Source: Diplonema japonicum
Lineage: Eukaryota > Protista > Euglenozoa: Diplonemea
DNA: 64,000 bases
NCBI GenBank assembly: GCA_964019335.1
Contig: OZ025672.1
Coordinates: 62,001-126,000 of the forward strand
Reading direction: 5' to 3'
The translations under genes were made by a program, and so were the position numbers. Under the pieces are notes generated by a model. It was not told the origin of the DNA and made no database searches. It saw nothing but the letters and a program-made list of their open reading frames with translations. Positions 33,801 through 42,800 of this stretch are shown piece by piece (the first letter of the stretch is position 1; the number at the start of each line of letters is the position of its first letter).

Positions 33801-36800
33801 CCCTTTTCGCACAGATCATTTAGGGCATCCTCAGTGATGATCCTAAACGGGACAAGCATCTTAGACTCGATGCTGGCCGTAAGGTCGTAGACAGACATCG
33901 TCTCGGTTTCTACTGTGAAGACACTGTCTTTACTAATGTCAGAGATGGTGATATAGCGGGTCTTGTAAACAGCGCAGTTAGTGAGCATCTGCATGCGGGG
34001 TACGATGCAAGCACGTGGGAAGAGCAACGCACGCTCACGTTTCAAGAGCTTCACCGTCTGGTAGTAGTCACGCATCCCCACAAAGTCCCTCCCCATCTGG
34101 TTAGTGTACACCATGTGGTATGCAACACTCAGCTGGTTCAGCAACCTTTGCATCCCCTCACCTGCGGTACCCAGGATGTACTCGCCTGTCAGATGGATGT
34201 CGTCACTGGCTGGCTCCGGTCTCTGCAGGCAGATCGCTCTGTTCATCTTGGCAGCATCAAGAGTCCAGTTCGACAGCCCAACTATCCCGATGGGCGGGTC
34301 GACCAAGATGCCGTGCAGTACCTTGAGAGGCATGTCTGGGCTGTGCTCTGCCAGACCAACTTCGTCGAGCAAGAGAACCACAATTGTTCTCTCTGCTTTC
34401 TTCTGGAAGCTGCACGCAATGTCATACTGGTGCCTGATGCCAGCTGCTGTAGAAAGAGGCGAGCACTGGTAGGGGAAAATGTGTAGAGCGGGGAACTTTG
34501 CCCAGAACTTGTTGGTCGACTGGTCGCCCTTCAAGTTATTCGAAAGGACTTGCAACGTGAGGGTCTTCGAAGACCCGGGCTTACCCACAACAAAAATAGG
34601 GACTCGGTTGAAGATGCAGATCAGCGTTACATAAAGGTTCTCTTTAAGTGCCTGGTTCATTGCGATCCCGTCCTCTACGGCGAGTTTCCCGCAGATGGCG
34701 GACATCGTCATCTTGATGATCTTAGCCATTGCGCCACAGGGGAACAGGTGCTCGAACCCCTCGAACTTGTTCATGCCGTGTCTTAGGGAATCAAGTAACT
34801 TTTCCCTGTGTTCATCCGAACTGAGCCTAAAGTAGAACACATGGGCTATCCCAAGTACTGCAGGTGACGACCAAGCATGGCGCCCTGGTACAGGCTTGCC
34901 CGAACCGTACTTTGCGAACCACTTGCTTAGCTTGAGAGCCCTCTTAAGATCTCTGAGTGATACCACGGAAGGATCTCCTTCGACTTCACGGACATAGGAC
35001 TGTGCTCTCATCAGCATGAGGGAAATAGCTTGCTGCCCTTCCTTGTCGTGCACGTACACGGCTACCATTGCCTTGATATACTTCGCTTCGACAGTTTCGG
35101 ACAGGGAGCCGAAGTCAAACACGAACTCCTGCAGCCTCGTGGGGATCGGGTGCACCCTGTACACAAGGTTCTCTAAGGGGTCCACAGCAACATCTGTTCG
35201 AGTAGGCGGCTTGTACGCCAGTCCAGGTGCACTGTCAATGTGCTTTCGCATACGGTATGGGTTCGCCGCCGCCAGGACATGTATGTTGTTATGGATAATC
35301 TTTCCGTACAGCGTCCTGCCGACAATGACCTCAGCAATAAGCCCCATGTGCTGGCAGGTGTTTACTTCATCTAGGAACACATACACTCCTTTTGCCTTCT
35401 TCGAAGTAATGAGGGCATTCGCATCTGAGAAGACCTTGAGAATGTCTGCCTCCGTGGTGCCACCATGCACATCAAGGATCAGCAGTTCCGCCTCCAGCCA
35501 TGCGCACACGTAACGGAGCATGTGGGTCTTACCGCAACCACACTCGCCCATGAGTAGGATGGGAACACCACATCTCACCCTGACAAAAACGGCAAGCATC
35601 TTCAGAACCACATCCCCGGTCATGCAATACGTGCCGCCGAGCAGCCTTGCCGCTGATGCAGCATCCCTCACAATGCCTGTCAAGGCACTCAATGCTTCGT
35701 GCGGACTCTTTTCGTTTGCGCCGATCGACACGTTCAAGGTACTATTCTCAAAGTATGAAAGAAGTCCTGGGTGCATTTTCTTCTTCAGCGCAGTAACGTT
35801 AACCGCCAGCAAGTGAAGTCCTGTCCTACTGGTTGTAGTCAGCAGTGCCTCGTGGTTGGCTTCGTTCCATGTTTTCAGGTCGCCAAGCGGCTCATTGGTG
35901 AGAGGAATCATGTTGTCCTCCCGCTCCGTGCTTTTGGCTAAGTCAGGTTTTTCTTTTGCCAACTGGTCCCATGTAAGGAACTCGATGGAAATCGTACCAT
36001 GGGGCAGTTCCCATGGGGCGAGCAGAGACTGCCCTGGTTTCGCCATATATGTAATATCTATCTTGCTGCCGATTGCATTAGACATCACCCACCTGTCGTC
36101 TAGGAAGTGGATATACGACGGGTCCAGGTACGACCCCATCCTGAACACAGGCTGGCCGTTGCTCCTAAACTGGCATCTCTTGTAGTAGTTTTTCACAGTC
36201 CCCAACACGCTCCCGTCGGACCCTTTGCTCACTTCCGCTGATCTTAGCCACATCAGATCGTCGCCCTTCACCCGGCGCTGGCGGGTGGCAAAGTCTGCCG
36301 CGGTTCTGCAAATAAAGTCGAAAGCTTCAGCTCTAATCTGGTGTGGCGTATCGCGGAACAGACTGCTTGAAAGAAAGGTGCTGTGGGCCATCCAGTAGAC
36401 AACATCAACGAAGGACCACACGGCCCATAGGGATACAGGCTCAGACAGGTTCGCAGCCCTTGAAATCATCCCCAACGTGTTTTCCTTAAGCTGGAAGGAC
36501 ACAGATCCTCCGGCATTGAACTTCTTTGTTTCGTCCACCATTGACATGATGCGTGCCACAAACACAAGCCTGTTGTATGCTGTCGAACTAGTTGTCGTCA
36601 TGACACTGTTGTATATAGTGCCGTCGCATCGGGCGACAGTGAAGTTCGTGCGCATGCCGTTCTTGATTTCGTTGGAATTGATCTTAAAGGTGTCCTTGTT
36701 GACGACGCTGACCTTTTTGTTGAGGAAGCTGAAGATCGGAAGCTGCGCTGCAAGAGGAGCAGTCTCCACAGCGATGTTCACGTTGGAGTCTAAGAACCAT

Positions 36801-39800
36801 CTGATCCCCTTCTCGGCGTCATAAAGCGACCCAAGCACCAGCAGCTCGAACAGGATCACAGTAACGGACTCATCGACACTGTCGGCAACGTCTACATGTA
36901 ACACGTATGCCTCGTCCTTCTTGACGGAAAGTGCTTTCTTGTTCGCTTCAATCAAAGTGATGAGGTTGCCTGTCTTGCACGTCTTGTGTAACGGGACATG
37001 CACAATCTTCAGCGTCCCTGCATCAGTGTTGATCTGGAAGGTCTTCCCTGCCCCTGCTGACTTTGCCGTGTACACTGTCACCTTCTTCTCTCCTTGCGAC
37101 ACGGATACCCCAACATTCTGCAGCTCCTCGACTGGGAGGGCTGCCGACGCCTCCCTCCAGTGGGCCAGCTGCCTCACAACGTAATTATCACGCGAAGAGC
37201 TCACAACAAGGAGTGCGTTCTTTGCCTTCGGTTCCAAATCAAGAAGCAGCGAGGTCACCTTGTGGTAGTCAGTCTCCTGCATCTCCTCAATACCCACCAA
37301 GCAGAACAAGTACCCTGCCGCTTCGCTCATGGCCCACCTCAGCAGCAAGTTGCAGATTTGCTCTGATGTTGTGTCCTCTGTGACCCACAGAAGCTGATGC
37401 CACTCAGGCAACATGCCTCTTCTAACATACGCCGACAGCACAGACGGCAGTACCATGTCCGTCACAATGAGCTTCACACCCGAGTCAGACGTGAGCCCTG
37501 TGAAGTCGATTTCCCTCGTAGGGAAAGTGTACCACTCAAGGGGCGCAACCGTCATCATCATGTCAATTTTGCTGATGAAGCCAGCTGCCGTTTTGGCGTC
37601 GTCACCACTCCACGTCTCCCGGAGCAGTTCTGTGACATCTTTCAGTGGCCCCGCTGGGAACAGCGTGTTCTTGATCTCTAGTGTCAACCCCTCGATTCCC
37701 GTCTCGGAGTCTTCGGCACTCATACGGAGCAGCTGTCGCAGCATCACAGTGTTGATCAGAGGGTACCGCATCCTCATCGCTTCCACAAGGTCACTCCATT
37801 CATTCAAACTTTTCTGAGCTCGCTTTACTTCTTCGTGGATGTCCTTCGAAGCCAGGCTGAACGGTACTCTCGCTGCGAAGCCCTGCCTCTCAGGGTGCCC
37901 CGATCTTTTTAACTTTAAGAACTCTATGCATAGCTCACGAACCCAACCAAACTTGGCGACGAACTCTTGCACGTGGACCACATCGTCGTCCCTCCCTTTC
38001 GCAAGAACAACCGCGCTCTGATAGTCGAGCAGTTCGCCCACAGTTTGTTTGGAATCAATAACCTTGCCGTTCCTGTCTACCTTGTACTCTAGCCACATAG
38101 TGACCTCTGAAGCCTTTACATCGCCCGAGATCACCCACTCCGCCTGCCATGACGGCAGAGACAGATTGTGTAACCTGTTCAAGGCTGAGGCGTCACCATC
38201 ACCAGAAAGTAACTCTGCTAACGCAAGCTGAAGGGGGCTGAGCTCAGAGATGGCCTTCGCAGTTGCAACAGAAGTGTGGAGGCTAAGATGGCCCAGACAG
38301 TCCACAACCTGTGTGATAGTGTCCCGCATGAAGCTGGCAGCGCTGTACAGCAGTTTGTGCAACGATGTCCTCACGCCTGACAACTGACTGAGGATGCTCT
38401 CGTTGGGGTGGCCAGGACCAGTCTCCTCTGCCACCCACAGCTCAGGAGGACATTCCATCTCGGGACGCCCCATTGCCATCTCAATGGAACTCGCGAAGTT
38501 CTGGTTGCTGGCGTGGTCCGAAAGCCACTCTAAGAAAGGGCCGTTCTGGTTCAATGCCTCCAGCAGCTCGCAGCTGATGTCCAATATCCTATCGTCAATC
38601 TGGCCCAGCGTGTGGGTCATACTTGTGAGATTTTGCAGCGTGAGCTTGTCATAGTCGAACTTAGACACTTCTTCTATGAGCGTGCCAAGGTTCTGGCGCT
38701 CTGCGTCGACTGTTGCTTGCCCGCTGGGTCGCACCAAAGCAGATAGGTAATCCACATTTCTAAGGATCTCGCCGCTGCTGCCCTGCAGGCGTTGCATCCT
38801 ACGGAACATAAGAACTGTTTCTGTCAATTGACTGAAAAAGTTGTTGTTCAACCTCCGTCCTGTCGCTGGGTAGTTCGTGACGTCTACTTCTTCTTGGAGT
38901 TCCCTGCAGACAAGGCAGAACTTACGCAGTGCTTGCGACTCGTTCCAAGTGCCGCCTGTCGTGGCTAGGCTGACGTGCGATTCGGGGGTGACCATTTCGG
39001 TGAATTGCATGAAATCTGTGAAGCTCATGGTCTTGTTATCAATTTTGTCGTACAACTCAAGCAGGCGTGCGCGTGCTTGGGCAATTTTTGTGTCAATGTC
39101 CGCCTCCTTGATGGAGTTCCAGACGAAGTGAAACACGCCGCTGCCGCATTGTTCATGCAACCATCTGGATGCTCGCATAAAGACAGGGGGCAGCTGCTGC
39201 ATCCCCTCAACTGTGTGAACAGTCTCCTTTCTGAAAACGTACATGATGTCCCTGACAGGAAGGGCGCCCCACCTCTGGCGAATGTCGGAGATGAAGTTGC
39301 TCAGGTCATTTTCCTCGAGGAGCGCGTGCGCCACATCTTCGAAGCACTCTCCTTCAGCGTTCAAAGAGCTCAAAAGAGACCTGGCGTGTTCAATACTGTC
39401 GTCTCCATGTGCAATCCCAATAGCCTTCCAAATGCTAACCACGTTTTCCTTATGCTTGATGATATTCGTCACAACAGTGGTTGGCAGTGCATTGGTGAGC
39501 AGGTTGGAAGCGCCTACATTGAACTTGTTCCCCACCGCCTTGCACATGGACGACAGTGCTTCCCAGTTCTCACCGCTCGTGAAGGTTCCAGGCGATCTCA
39601 CGATCTTCGTGTACCATGGGAGGAGCTGCTTCCACACGTTGTTGAACTTTAGTAACTCCCCAACCTCCGATTCCTTTCCGAGGCACTCCAACATATTGAT
39701 CTTAGCCCCCATCAATGCGTACTGGACCGCCCTGTCATCAACTGTGAACCAGTCACGTGGCTCGGCAGCATTGCAGTCCGTCAACTCCACGAACGTGTCG

Positions 39801-42800
39801 TCAAAGTCCAGCTCCGTCATGGCTTCCTTCCCAGTAATAATTATATTCTCCATCAGCGCCTCTGGGATTGCGTGTGGTTCCATGCTTTCATCATGTGGCT
39901 CTATGAAGCGGGACAACCCCACGCCCACAGACTGCAGAAAGCCTTGCCTTTGGCTCTTGCTTTGGGTACTGAGGCCGAGGGTCCACCTCTGCATCGCAGC
40001 AGCAACGTGCTTGAGCTCCTCGCACTCGCTGTTCTCATAGTACTCTATCCAAAGTCGCAGCGTCCCACGGAGGACCTTCTCATTCGACATCTTCTCATTT
40101 TCCATTTCCTTCGGGATGGCAGCAACCAGCCATACATTAAGGGCATCTTGCTCTTGAGGTTCAAGTTTAAAATCGGCAGTGTGAAGCGAGAGGGCGGTCT
40201 GCACCAACGTCAAGAGCTCCTTACAAGGCCTGACTCGGAACCCCTGCGCCTGTAGCAGCTTCTCCAGTGCGACAGGGCCAAAGACGTCAGGAACATCTTC
40301 TGTGAACCTAATGAGCTCTTGCAGAACAGCACGCTGCTCATCTTCAGAGGGAAGCCAGCGCACACGTGATATTGATGCTTCGATGGCATCAAGCAGGCCG
40401 AGGGGCTTCTGCGGCAATGACGACAAGTTGTAAGGAAGGTCGTTGTCCTTAGTATCGTGCGACACGCTGGGTGTCCTGTCTAGGTCCAATGACACAACTT
40501 TCCTCGCCAAGGCATTCGTTATGATCCATCGCAGGCAGTGAACTGAAGGGGCCGCGGCGATCAGCGTCAAAATGTGCGGCAGGTTTTCGTCCATGACGAA
40601 CTCTGCGTACTGCTTGTACGATGCTTCCTCCGAATCGTTCCGACCCTTCAGTAGAGTCAGCCTCGACGTGCGCACTGCATCGATGATGCCTGCGGAGTGT
40701 ATGTTGTTGTTCTTGCTGAGCAGCGTAATCTTGTCGGCGAGTTCCTCGATCGTTTGCTGGTTATCGGTGTATACACTATTTGCCTGTCTCAATGTGAATG
40801 GTGGTGCAATGAGCCTCATCCTGAACTGTTCGCACAAAATGAAGCTGCCATCCTGGTTAGGCATGATGGAGCCTGGTACACACAGCTGCGATACACTCCC
40901 CATCCCATCTTTCCAAGCATGGGTGCTGTTCCCACGGCCCAAGATAATCTGTGTCTCGACCGACTCAAAGGTATGGCTTCTCTTTCCCATGTTGTAGACA
41001 GCTCGAATGCAATTGTTGTTGGTGTCGGACACGATCAAGACCGACTGCATCGTTCTGTGCATCTTGTCCTTTGCATCGTACTGCCCCATGAGTACAGCAA
41101 GGTTCTTCGGGTCAGACTTTTCAACCGCTTTCATGAATTCTTCCCTTGCTTTCACATCTGGCTCCAGGGGCGTCTCACGCGGGACTCGTGTGAAGGCGAG
41201 ACCGCATGGTGTGTCGAACCCTGACTTTGGATTCTTTGTTGGCGCTGACTTATTCACATTTCCGAAAATAGTACGCACACGGCCCAGAGTACCTTTGGTA
41301 TTGATATCCACTCCACGCAACGCGTGACGGTCGATAAAGAACAGCATTTCTATGGAGGGCTCGTACCACAAGCAACGAACTTCCACCGTCTTCGCACTTT
41401 TACAGGGCCCGTCACACGGTACGCTCGCCCCAGTAGTGACTGTTTCCACCTTCCCACTCTTCAGACCTGCAACTATCCTACGAATGCAAGAGCCATCGGC
41501 GATGTAGTAGGTGGTCTGCCCCCTATATTCCACAGTTGTTATGCTTCGGATGCTTGTAAAGGCCGCAGTCTTAAGGACGCCATCTTTATTGCCCCTGACC
41601 CCTGGCTGCCCTGCAGCGAGGGAAATGGACCACCCACTGTCTTTGAAACGCATTACCCTCAAACAAGCATTGCCGGCATCGGAAACCAAGATCTCTGTCT
41701 CGGAAATCTTCACTAGGGCGTTGGGGCCCCTCAGGCGCGCCTCGTCTATTTGCCCATCGACAAACCCGGAGCCGTTGGCCCCTAAAAGTGTCACCAGTGT
41801 TTGCTGTCGAGTGTTTAAGCACCTGATTTTGTTCGTGGAGGGTTCTGTGAAGATGATTGTGCCGTTTTCCATCGTAACAGACGAACTGGGCATGAGGGAG
41901 GCATAGGGGTCCTTCTTAAACATCAGGGGGCCGTCGATACTGGCTAGCTTGGGAGCACGGTGAAATCCTGCAACAGTAGTGATGCCAAAGGACTGCCCAT
42001 GGTTGTGCCCGATGTAAGGTCCGTACAGCTCAACAAGCGCCTTTGTTTCCTCACGCGTCTCTCGCCCGCGCTTTGCCAACTCTTTCGCTGTTGAGTACAA
42101 ATCCTGCATCTCGAGCTTCGTCACGCTATCATCTATGCCGCTAAGGATCTCGAGCGAAGCTTGCTGGCACCTCTTTAGCACACCCCATCCAGGTACCCCG
42201 CTTTCAGTGGCAGCATGCTGCGCACCAGTGACCATGCCACGCACCCAAGCACGCTCATCAAGGACAACCTTTCGCGCAACAAATAAACGATGCAGCGTCG
42301 CCTCAGCGCTCTTGACAGACTTTTCCCACGTTACCTCCCTCTCCTGAAGTGTCTCGGACCTCTCCAGGTTTCCCCAAGCAACGTGAGCTGCTTGATCTAC
42401 ACCCTTTGAGGCTTCAGACTGGTCCTTGACAGCCGCAGGTACCTTGAAGTCGGGGAGGTGGTTTTTCTGCAAGGCGAAGTTTTTCAAAGGTTTACCGAAG
42501 TCTGACTCCAGAATATCTTCATCCCCGAGCAGGCCTAAGATGTCCGTGAGCGTCGTGTACCTGAAAGAACTGACTGGCGCACATCTATCGAACTCGTACA
42601 GCCATTTCACAAGCCTTTTTGTGAAGAAGCTAGCAGGAGACGCCCCGAACTGCTCTAACCTCTCCGTGCTGAAGGAGCACTCCAGTAGCTTCCAAAGGAC
42701 ATCTGCCACATTGCCACGATTAAACTCCTCGGACAACTCCAGGTATTGCCCTACATGCCCCAGCAACACAAGGAGGAGGTCTTCGTCGCCCTTGGGGATG

